Positions 47,549 to 55,097 of a stretch of 64,000 nucleotides of DNA are shown here, piece after piece; position 1 is the first letter of the stretch; every line of letters starts with the position of its first letter. The notes beneath the pieces are model-generated. The model had not been told where the DNA came from and ran no database searches. It saw only the letters and a program-made list of their open reading frames with translations. The DNA is taken from NCBI GenBank assembly GCA_902604245.1, contig CACKXQ010000002.1, forward strand, positions 11,018 to 75,017, written 5' to 3'. Position numbers and translations under genes: made by a program. This DNA is from an uncultured Pelagibacteraceae bacterium. Lineage in GTDB: Bacteria; Pseudomonadota; Alphaproteobacteria; Pelagibacterales; Pelagibacteraceae.

Positions 47549-48052
47549 TTAAAAAAGTTTTCTAAAAAAACTTTTAACATTTTTCTCTACTGGAGACTCA
47601 TTAAAATTTATTGTCATGTCTTTCCACAATTTAACAAGAGCTGACATACATGCTCCACCTTGATTTGTTTTAAATGATTTTTTTCCTTTGTTAATTATAT
47701 CTTGAGACATTTCACCAACTGAATCCTCATATTTTAAACCCTCTTCTGTTGCCTCATAGCTTTGTTTTGCCATCCTATCTTTTTTACTGTTCTCAATATC
47801 ATTATAGCCTTCATCATCCCAAGCTCTACGGTAACAGTAAATCACACTCTTTTTTAAATCTTTTTTACTGATCCCAATTTTTTCTGATGCTCCTTCAAAT
47901 ATACCCCTATAAAAATATATTTTAATATCATAAAGTCTTTTTGCGCTATCTCTATCCATTTGAGATGTAACTTGAGAGTAAGTCATATCACATAACTTAT
48001 GCTCACCTTTTGCTTGTTCCCAGACTAATTCAAAATTATTTTTTTTAGGCAT
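47549..48052 (-). CDS. Hypothetical protein (cassette 1 cargo)
   Basis: Likely start MPKKNNFEL at 48052. Confidence 0.7.
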   Translation of the reverse strand: MPKKNNFELVWEQAKGEHKLCDMTYSQVTSQMDRDSAKRLYDIKIYFYRGIFEGASEKIGISKKDLKKSVIYCYRRAWDDEGYNDIENSKKDRMAKQSYEATEEGLKYEDSVGEMSQDIINKGKKSFKTNQGGACMSALVKLWKDMTINFNESPVEKNVKSFFRKLF

Positions 48053-48056
48053 AATA

Positions 48057-48209
48057 TTATTTAAATTTTCCCCATGTATAATAACCACCAGCTGCACAAA
48101 TTAATATAAATACTAGAGGTCCAATCCCAAATTCACCACTAGTATCATTAAATTTCCAAATTATTATTCCTAATATTGTTCCTGCAATTATAGGGATTAA
48201 ATTTTTCAT
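48057..48209 (-). CDS. Small two-TM protein (50 aa), not in ORF track
   Basis: MKNLIPIIAGTILGIIIWKFNDTSGEFGIGPLVFILICAAGGYYTWGKFK. Confidence 0.6.
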   Translation of the reverse strand: MKNLIPIIAGTILGIIIWKFNDTSGEFGIGPLVFILICAAGGYYTWGKFK

Positions 48210-48216
48210 AAAATAA

Positions 48217-48393
48217 TCAATTTTTTAAAAAATTTGGTATCAAATAGTCTTTTTCAATTTCTTTACGCTCTTCATCTGAATATTTTTTTTTATAACAATC
48301 ATTGCACATATAAACTATCTCTAGAGTGCTTCCAATTTCAGTTAAAAAAGGTTTACTTTCTCCACATTCAGAACATTTTGACAATAATTTCAC
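48217..48393 (-). CDS. Small zinc-ribbon-like protein (58 aa, GTG start), not in ORF track
   Basis: MKLLSKCSECGESKPFLTEIGSTLEIVYMCNDCYKKKY...; two CxxC motifs. Confidence 0.6.
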   Translation of the reverse strand: MKLLSKCSECGESKPFLTEIGSTLEIVYMCNDCYKKKYSDEERKEIEKDYLIPNFLKN

Positions 48394-48569
48394 TCTTATA
48401 AATATTACAACTTTATCTATCTAGTTTCTAGTTTGTTTCTAGTTTGACGAAATTTATTATTCATATTTTCCAATAAAAGTAATTAAAGGTTTTTTAAAAC
48501 TATAGGATTTAATAGGATTTAAGACTGTATAAGACTGTGTGAGACTATAAAATATCTCTACCCTATGTT

Positions 48570-48608
48570 TTTTAAGTCCTTTGTGTCTACCAATTTCACC
48601 ACGAGGGC
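48570..48608 (-). repeat. tRNA-Leu 5'-half copy 2 (att junction)
   Basis: 39 bp identical to 46786-46824, beginning exactly at the anticodon loop. Confidence 0.95.
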
Positions 48609-48734
48609 ATGAGTTATTTTCATGAGTATTTATGCTAATATTTATAGTTGAACAAGATTAATAAGTAAATTTTTTTTAATTTATCTCCCTATGTCCAAGT
48701 TATGTCCAAGTTATCCTACAAAATCCTATAATTT

Positions 48735-50093
48735 TTATCTGCCTTTTTTAAATGGATCTAATATTAGTTTTTTGTGATTATATTTATATTTTTTATTATT
48801 ATAATGGAGTGAATTAACAACCAGTATTCTTGAATTTTCTACATCAATTAAAATCATATTCCCACCATAACCACTCATCCCAAAGATAATCTTATCTTTT
48901 AATCCTGGATAATCCATATGGAATTGACCTCCATAAGATTTAGTACGACCAACTATAGGCTCGTCGTTTTCTATGCTTCCTTTTGGTATTCTTCTTTTAT
49001 AAATTTCTTTTAAATATTTTCCAACACAAGTATCATTCTGATAATCATCCATTATAGCTTTTGCAATTCTAAGATAATCAAATCTTGTTGCCATTATGTT
49101 AGGATGTCCATTTCCAAAATGTTCGTTTAAACTAGTATAGCCATAACGAATACTATTTTTGATCTTTATTTTGTCATTAAAAACTTTGCTATAAAATTTG
49201 TCATAATCTTCACCGACTTTAAATTTCATATAATTTAAAATTAACTGAGTAACAAATCCATTGTAGTTGTATCTTTCCTTAGTTTTTTTTGTATTTTTGT
49301 TGTTAAAGTGTAAGCGCATGGTTGTTGCAATATCTCTATCTTCATATGCATCTAATTTAGTGGTACCATCTTTAAATTCATCAACATATTTTTGATCACC
49401 AGTATTCATATTTAAAAAATTAATTAATTTTTGATCATGATAAAGAGAATCTTTTATTATAGGCCAGTCATTTACTCTAGCATCAACTCCATCAATATAA
49501 CCCTCACATATTGCGTGACCTACTAAATAAGAAGTTACTGACTTACCCATTGACATTGAATAAAATTTTGTTTCATTATTCAAAAACTCTCCCAGTCTTT
49601 CTTTAGGAGAAAGTTCGTCAATTAATACTTCACCATCTTGATAATATAAATAACTAAGGATACCTTTGGTTTTCATTTGCTTTTTTAAAAATTTATCTTC
49701 AATTAAGTTGAATTTAAAATCGTAGGAATTATTTGTTGGTTTAAATTCTTTTAAATGTGAACTTCTATCTCTATATGAATATGCCCATAAATAATAAATC
49801 AGCGAGTCCCTATTTGGGTTTGAATGATAGGCAATATTATAACCTGATAATGCTTTATTTTTTATTTTGATATTTAGATTGTTAGATCCTTGAAATTTAT
49901 CACATTTATTATAATACCAAAGATTACTATATTTTGGCTCTTCTTCGCATACTGGGTTTTTTTTAATATTTAAATATTGATGATATCCATTTTCCAAAAG
50001 CCAAATATTAAACTTATTTAGTTTAGAACTCTCAGCAAATAGATTGCTTGAAGCAAATAAGCTAAAAGATAAAATTATTAATATTTTTTTCAT
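48735..50093 (-). CDS. Secreted serine hydrolase, beta-lactamase/class C-like family
   Basis: Signal peptide; SxxK (SMGKS), YxN (YNYNG), C-terminal MSGYGG. Confidence 0.85.
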   Translation of the reverse strand: MKKILIILSFSLFASSNLFAESSKLNKFNIWLLENGYHQYLNIKKNPVCEEEPKYSNLWYYNKCDKFQGSNNLNIKIKNKALSGYNIAYHSNPNRDSLIYYLWAYSYRDRSSHLKEFKPTNNSYDFKFNLIEDKFLKKQMKTKGILSYLYYQDGEVLIDELSPKERLGEFLNNETKFYSMSMGKSVTSYLVGHAICEGYIDGVDARVNDWPIIKDSLYHDQKLINFLNMNTGDQKYVDEFKDGTTKLDAYEDRDIATTMRLHFNNKNTKKTKERYNYNGFVTQLILNYMKFKVGEDYDKFYSKVFNDKIKIKNSIRYGYTSLNEHFGNGHPNIMATRFDYLRIAKAIMDDYQNDTCVGKYLKEIYKRRIPKGSIENDEPIVGRTKSYGGQFHMDYPGLKDKIIFGMSGYGGNMILIDVENSRILVVNSLHYNNKKYKYNHKKLILDPFKKGR

Positions 50094-50268
50094 TAAATTA
50101 CCTTACATTTTTATCTCTCTGTGTCCAAGTCATGTCCAAGTTTGTAACAATTAATTAAACCTTATTTTCTAATCTTAATTGAAAGCTAATTTAAAGTTAT
50201 GTGATTTTATAGGATGTTTGAGACTTCCAGAGACTGCTAAAGACTCATCAAAGAGTTAATCCCTCGGC

Positions 50269-50307
50269 TTTTAAGTCCTTTGTGTCTACCAATTTCACCA
50301 CGAGGGC
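50269..50307 (-). repeat. tRNA-Leu 5'-half copy 3 (att junction)
   Basis: 39 bp identical to 46786-46824. Confidence 0.95.
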
Positions 50308-50441
50308 ATTAATGAATTTCATGAGTGTTTATGCTAATATTTATAATTGAACAAGATGAATAAGTAAAATTTTTTTATTTTATCTCCCTATGCTCTGGTC
50401 TTGCTCTTGTTATCCTATAAAATCCCTCAAAATGAAACTAT

Positions 50442-50882
50442 CTAAATATTAATCTTATACTCAATTAATACTAGCGTTCTCCATCCATTCTTTTCTTTAA
50501 GAACTTTTTTATGAACTATTTTATATCCAGCAATACTTACATCTTCTAATTTAGAGTCAGCTGTTAAATCATAAGTTTTGGTTATGCCTTTGCTATTTTC
50601 CTTATGAGTTATGATCTCGTTAGATACAATCGAGTGTTGAGTAATATCTGCAATTTTTATTTTTGCTGATAAAATTGCTTTATTTTCAGAAATATTAAGA
50701 TCCTTAGACCAGCCATTTCCACATACTTTAATTACTTTGTTTGTGCTTTTATTTTTATCACAATAAACATTTACAAATTTTTGCAAATCATCAGGTGATG
50801 TAATTGTTTTCTTATTTTTTACATAAGAATTAGTACAATTGGTTAATAATAATCCAATTATAATTATTGATAATATTTTCAT
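50442..50882 (-). CDS. Putative lipoprotein (LPP20-like)
   Basis: Lipobox-like LLTNC; G.G.S.D...S.NKA...AK pattern. Confidence 0.65.
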   Translation of the reverse strand: MKILSIIIIGLLLTNCTNSYVKNKKTITSPDDLQKFVNVYCDKNKSTNKVIKVCGNGWSKDLNISENKAILSAKIKIADITQHSIVSNEIITHKENSKGITKTYDLTADSKLEDVSIAGYKIVHKKVLKEKNGWRTLVLIEYKINI

Positions 50883-50890
50883 TTTTTCTC

Positions 50891-51109
50891 CTATAAGTTT
50901 TCAAGTAATGTAAAAAATACCATGGTGAAAGCTCGATGGTATTTTTCATCAGTGATAAATTGGACAAATATGTTGTCCTTTTCTTCACAAGTATATGTTT
51001 CTTTCTTATTCACTAATTTATTATTTTCGACGTCCGCATATGCATAATACTTGCACTTAGCATTTGCAGGACTGATTAACAAAAAAAGAACTAATATGAC
51101 TCTAATCAT
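50891..51109 (-). CDS. Small secreted hypothetical protein
   Basis: Signal peptide ending ANA. Confidence 0.6.
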   Translation of the reverse strand: MIRVILVLFLLISPANAKCKYYAYADVENNKLVNKKETYTCEEKDNIFVQFITDEKYHRAFTMVFFTLLENL

Positions 51110-51341
51110 AAAGCTCCTTTTCTTTTTGACTTATTTCAAATCTAACTTGATTTAAAATAGCATCCATTAGAACAAAAAATGCCTTATGTACTTCTTGTTC
51201 AAATACTTTTTTTTGGCATACTGAGTTACACTCTGTCAGAACATGTATTAACGTTTGTTGATAATACTCATTAGATTTTGCAAATGAATGAGTTGTGAAA
51301 GTTATCAAAAACAAAAAAAATAGAGTTTTTATAAGCTTCAT
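51102..51341 (-). CDS. Small secreted hypothetical protein
   Basis: Signal peptide ending SFA; AGGA upstream of ATG. Confidence 0.65.
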   Translation of the reverse strand: MKLIKTLFFLFLITFTTHSFAKSNEYYQQTLIHVLTECNSVCQKKVFEQEVHKAFFVLMDAILNQVRFEISQKEKELYD

Positions 51342-51343
51342 TT

Positions 51344-51619
51344 TTATCCTTTCTTTTTATTAAGACCAACTAAGGTCATTATTTCTTTGTCATTTATTAG
51401 TTTGCTATCCAGGATTAGATATACGTGAATATTTTTTTTAAGAGCTACTTTAGCTACTTCTTTATTTTTTAAATATTTTTTATCCGCATGTCCTATCGCA
51501 AATGGTTCATTTTCAATAGCAGCTAAAACGATTTCTTTATTTTTTTTAAAATTGTTTGATAATGATTTGATCGCCCAACCATTTTTTTTAACTAATTTTA
51601 AAGCTTCTGATTTAGTAAT
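51344..51619 (-). CDS. DUF4116-like repeat protein with ATT in place of a canonical start (or start-mutated pseudogene)
   Basis: Open frame (I/M)TKSEALKLVKKNGWAIKSLSNNFKKNKEIVLAAI...; GGAGG 9 nt upstream; aligns residue for residue with the N-terminus of 51844..52632. Confidence 0.6.
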   Translation of the reverse strand: MTKSEALKLVKKNGWAIKSLSNNFKKNKEIVLAAIENEPFAIGHADKKYLKNKEVAKVALKKNIHVYLILDSKLINDKEIMTLVGLNKKKG

Positions 51620-51843
51620 AGTCTTTTTCCTCCATAAATGACTTCACCAATTCTTTAATAATTTTAGAATTGTGTTCGTCTAGTTCTTTGTCTGATAGTT
51701 TTCTTAACTCATTCTCTGAGAGATTTTGTGGAGCTTGTTTCTTTTCTTTATCAGTAATAATGACTTGTTTTATACACCTTTTAAGAAAAATTTTTCAGTG
51801 AAATAAGATTGATTATTTTTCACTTAATTAATACAATAATTTT

Positions 51844-52632
51844 ATGAATAGAGAAGAGTTATTGAAAAATGTCAAAGAGGATCCTTATGCACTTGAAGGT
51901 GCAGAAGATAAATTCAAAAAAGATAAAGAAATAGTTTTAGCAGCTGTAAAAGGTAATGGAAATATTCTTGAATATGCACACGATTCACTAAAGAAAGATA
52001 AAGATGTTGTGCAAGCAGCAGTAACAAATGAAGGTGCTTCACTAAACTTTGCAGATAAATCTTTAAAGAAAGACAAAAAGATTGTTATGGCTGCTGTTAA
52101 TCAAATGGGATCTAATCTCGAATTTGCAGATCCATCTTTAAGAAAAGATAAATCAATTGTTCTTGCTGCAATAAAAAGCTATCCTTCATCTATTGAATTT
52201 GCAGATAAAACTTTTCAAAAGGATAAAAAAATTGTTCTTATGGCTGTATCATCTAGTCCAGATGCACTAGAATTTGCTGACAACTCTTTAAAAAAAGACA
52301 AAGAAATAGTTTCTGCGTCAGTAAAATTCAATGGCTTTTCATTAACGCACGCGGATGCAGCACTAAAAAAAGATAAAGATATTGTGTTAATGGCTGTAAA
52401 ATCAAACGGGAACGCTTTAGATTTTGCTGATAATGCCTTTAAAAAAAATAAAGAAATTGTAATTGCTGCTGTATCAAAGAATGGAGGTGCCTTAGAGTAT
52501 GCGGACGAAATTTTTAAAAAAGATAAAGAAATCGCACTTATTGCTGTGCAACAAGACCCTGATGCTTTAGAGTTCGTAGATAAATCAATTCAAAAAGATA
52601 AAGATATTGTTAAAGCTTCTAAGAAAAAATAG
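51844..52632 (+). CDS. DUF4116-like tandem-repeat protein
   Basis: ~10 repeats of 25 aa, LEFADxxLKKDKEIVxAAV. Confidence 0.85.
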   Translation: MNREELLKNVKEDPYALEGAEDKFKKDKEIVLAAVKGNGNILEYAHDSLKKDKDVVQAAVTNEGASLNFADKSLKKDKKIVMAAVNQMGSNLEFADPSLRKDKSIVLAAIKSYPSSIEFADKTFQKDKKIVLMAVSSSPDALEFADNSLKKDKEIVSASVKFNGFSLTHADAALKKDKDIVLMAVKSNGNALDFADNAFKKNKEIVIAAVSKNGGALEYADEIFKKDKEIALIAVQQDPDALEFVDKSIQKDKDIVKASKKK

Positions 52633-52656
52633 TTCATAAAAATTTATTGCAAGCAG

Positions 52657-53061
52657 ATGAAAGATCCAGAAACTGAATTAGTGAATTTCCTAAATAAGAT
52701 TATAGATGAGAATATAGAAAATTTTAAAGAACAAGGCGATTTTATAGTTCGTCCAGGAATTGCCTATGACAGATTTGATTTAACTGCTGTTGATGGATCA
52801 TATGATATGAGTCTTGCTGGATTAGTACATCATTTTTTATATGAAAGAGGTCATTATGAAAAAATACTACCTAAAAATGAATTTGAGGAATGTGAAAATG
52901 TTGTTAAAAATTATCCTGAGAGTATTTATGGTCCAGAGGATGATGAAGATATACAACTAACTATTGACGAATTGCATCATGTTGCAAGACAAACTGTAGG
53001 AAATAAACTAAAAAACTTAAAGTTTAAAATCTCAGATGAATTTGAAGAATTACTAGATTAA
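52657..53061 (+). CDS. Hypothetical acidic protein
   Basis: 134-aa D/E-rich ORF; TAATG overlap with next gene. Confidence 0.7.
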   Translation: MKDPETELVNFLNKIIDENIENFKEQGDFIVRPGIAYDRFDLTAVDGSYDMSLAGLVHHFLYERGHYEKILPKNEFEECENVVKNYPESIYGPEDDEDIQLTIDELHHVARQTVGNKLKNLKFKISDEFEELLD

Positions 53062-53606
53062 TGAATAGTTTTTTTATAAATCCTAAAGATGCGCAATTTT
53101 CAATAAAAAAATCTAAGGAAAGATTAAAAGAGTATCTTTTCATTTTTAACCTATTAATTGATAAAGAAAAAAAAACCAAACTTTCAAAAGAAGAAAGTGC
53201 AAAACTAATTAGTGTTGTTGAGTCAGCTGCAATTGAGTGCACTATGCAATTTTTTTGGAAATGTGGATATTGGATTTTAAGAGAGCAACAAACTAAAGGT
53301 CCAATGGATTTATATGTTTACAAAATAGTTAATGGTGAAAAAATTGAATACGCTGTTGATGTTAAAGGTATACGTCCTAATGCTAAAAAGAAACCAGCTC
53401 ATAAACCAACCTTGCCCACAGGTTACGAGAAAAAATCACATCATATTAGAGATCAAATTTTAAAGAGAATTGTTGCAATTGTTTATTTGAAAGATGAAAA
53501 AACAAGAAAACAAATTAGCTTTACTGAGGGTTGGCATACTTCTTTTAAAGGTGGCCAAGCAGGACTTACTGGAAAAAGAATTAAAATAAATAAAAATCGA
53601 TTTTAA
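53061..53606 (+). CDS. Putative PD-(D/E)xK restriction-like nuclease
   Basis: E...GPMDL-x15-VDVKG spacing; basic C-terminal half. Confidence 0.5.
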   Translation: MNSFFINPKDAQFSIKKSKERLKEYLFIFNLLIDKEKKTKLSKEESAKLISVVESAAIECTMQFFWKCGYWILREQQTKGPMDLYVYKIVNGEKIEYAVDVKGIRPNAKKKPAHKPTLPTGYEKKSHHIRDQILKRIVAIVYLKDEKTRKQISFTEGWHTSFKGGQAGLTGKRIKINKNRF

Positions 53607-53630
53607 TTTAAATTTTACTTCTAGATTTGA

Positions 53631-54086
53631 TTATTTTATCGACAATTTAAGTTTTGCTATTTTTTCCTCAACTTCATTTATTGCTTTATAAATTTGATCT
53701 TTTTCAGTTTTACTAATTTCTTTTCCCATTGGGCTATCAGGGCTCATTGCATCATGAGTTGTATCCATAAGATTGCCTACCCTACCACCTATTTTAATTA
53801 ATGTGCTCGCAACATTTTCATATACATTTACTTTGTTAAATTCATCCTCAAGTGTAAGAGAGAAATTATCAATAAACGGTGTACCTAGGGATTTTCTTTG
53901 CATTAAAATATCAAGTTTTATTGCATCAATATAATGTAAATTATGATCTTTATCATCTGGGTCACTACATTTTCTAAAGTGAGAAATTGACTTATTGGTA
54001 ATATTTTTTACTTCATCTTCTTCAAGTTTGCTAATTACTTGCGAAAGAACATGCTCAACAGTTAAAGGTTCACGTAGTTTTGTCAT
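53631..54086 (-). CDS. Putative phage-type regulatory protein (CII-like HTH)
   Basis: V..IT.KS.S.FRKCSDPD pattern followed by helical C-terminus. Confidence 0.5.
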   Translation of the reverse strand: MTKLREPLTVEHVLSQVISKLEEDEVKNITNKSISHFRKCSDPDDKDHNLHYIDAIKLDILMQRKSLGTPFIDNFSLTLEDEFNKVNVYENVASTLIKIGGRVGNLMDTTHDAMSPDSPMGKEISKTEKDQIYKAINEVEEKIAKLKLSIK

Positions 54087-54089
54087 TTT

Positions 54090-54890
54090 CTATATTAATT
54101 CTTTTCCCGCTTCTAAGTACATACATTTTTCACAACTCTTATTAATTTCAGGAACTTTATCTAGTTCTAAAGTTTTTTTCATATCACTGATATTATCTTC
54201 TACCCAAGAGGTATCTGTAACGTACGGAACTAAAGTTATTGTAAAATTTAATTTTCCCTCAAAATTGTCAAAACTTTTTTCACCATTACATACATAAAAA
54301 TATGAAGTATCTGAAACTTTAAAACCCATTTTTCTAAGAATATGAACATATATATCCATCTGTATTTTATAACCTTGGTGAAAAATACTTTCTAAATAAG
54401 CTTTAGTTTCAACTTTGGTATTACTTGATTGAGCCTTATAATCTACTACAACTAATTCCTCTTTATCTAAATCATACCAAATATCATCTACTCCACCATG
54501 AATTTCTAAATTGGTATCTTTATCTAAATATGAAATTCCACCAGATAAAGAGTTTCTCCAATTATCTAGTTCTTCATGCTGAAAAGGAATAAAATTAAGA
54601 TTATGTTTCTTAAATATTGGGTGTGGTTTTTTTTGGCTTCTCAGTAAATCAAATTCTTTTTTAAGTAGATCATCAACTGCAACATTTAATGACCAGCCAG
54701 GCATTCCTGGTTCTTTCAATCCCTTAACCCTATCAAGATAAAAACATCTTTTGCAATCTAAAAAACTACTAAATTTTGATCGGCTAATTTTAAAAGGCTC
54801 ATTGGTTCCTCTTTTATAAACACTTCCTTTTCGATTTCTTAAAGGATTTACTTCAACTAAATTACCTTTGCTATCTCTTTTTAAGCCCAT
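54090..54890 (-). CDS. PD-(D/E)xK nuclease, RecB/AddB/Cas4-like superfamily
   Basis: ISRSK..FLDCKRCFY, GGVDD, VVVDYKA, QMDIY, C-terminal CEKC. Confidence 0.85.
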   Translation of the reverse strand: MGLKRDSKGNLVEVNPLRNRKGSVYKRGTNEPFKISRSKFSSFLDCKRCFYLDRVKGLKEPGMPGWSLNVAVDDLLKKEFDLLRSQKKPHPIFKKHNLNFIPFQHEELDNWRNSLSGGISYLDKDTNLEIHGGVDDIWYDLDKEELVVVDYKAQSSNTKVETKAYLESIFHQGYKIQMDIYVHILRKMGFKVSDTSYFYVCNGEKSFDNFEGKLNFTITLVPYVTDTSWVEDNISDMKKTLELDKVPEINKSCEKCMYLEAGKELI

Positions 54891-55058
54891 AAGTTTATCT
54901 TACTATCTCTCCGTGCTCTTGTCTTGCTCTGGTTTGAGAAGTTAATTAAGTATTATTTTCCAATGTTATTATAAAGCTAAATTAAAGTTATGAGATTTTA
55001 TAGGATATTTAGACTACCCTGGACTACTACGGACTGACTTTAACTTATATCCCTCGGC

Positions 55059-55097
55059 TTTTAAGTCCTTTGTGTCTACCAATTTCACCACGTGGGT
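55059..55097 (-). repeat. tRNA-Leu 5'-half copy 4 (terminal, degenerate)
   Basis: 37/39 identical; 5' acceptor strand ACCCACG instead of GCCCTCG. Confidence 0.93.

Larger units (their letters stand above)
46786..48576. mobile_element. tRNA-Leu cassette 1 (integrase-less, 1784 bp core to core)
   Basis: Bounded by TTTTAAG cores and 5'-half tRNA copies; both ends carry (N)GTTTCTAGTT x2 (46907-46928, 48423-48444). Confidence 0.85.
48570..50275. mobile_element. tRNA-Leu cassette 2 (single-gene, 1699 bp core to core)
   Basis: Both ends carry (A/G)TGTCCAAGT(T/C) x2 (48691-48712, 50121-50142). Confidence 0.85.
50269..55065. mobile_element. tRNA-Leu cassette 3 (4790 bp core to core)
   Basis: Both ends carry NTGCTCT(G/T)GT(C/T) x2 (50390-50411, 54913-54934). 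Confidence 0.85.

Noticed and set aside
51344-51420. Frameshift in the small DUF4116-like ORF
   Set aside because: On re-reading, the frame is continuous to the stop at 51344; only the start codon is atypical.
46897-54934. Barcodes as transposon target-site duplications or assembly artefacts
   Set aside because: They are imperfect, internally tandem, at near-fixed distances from the core, swapped in order in unit 3, and the arms differ by many substitutions.
46786-55097. CRISPR array (39-bp repeats plus a Cas4-like nuclease nearby)
   Set aside because: The repeats are tRNA halves separated by 1.7-4.8 kb of genes; no cas1/cas2; the nuclease is a generic PD-(D/E)xK protein.
46786-55097. Intact prophage or classical integron
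   Set aside because: No integrase, capsid, terminase or replication genes; no attC-type palindromes seen.
48570-55097. Additional functional tRNA-Leu genes
   Set aside because: Copies stop at the anticodon loop; no T arm or CCA.
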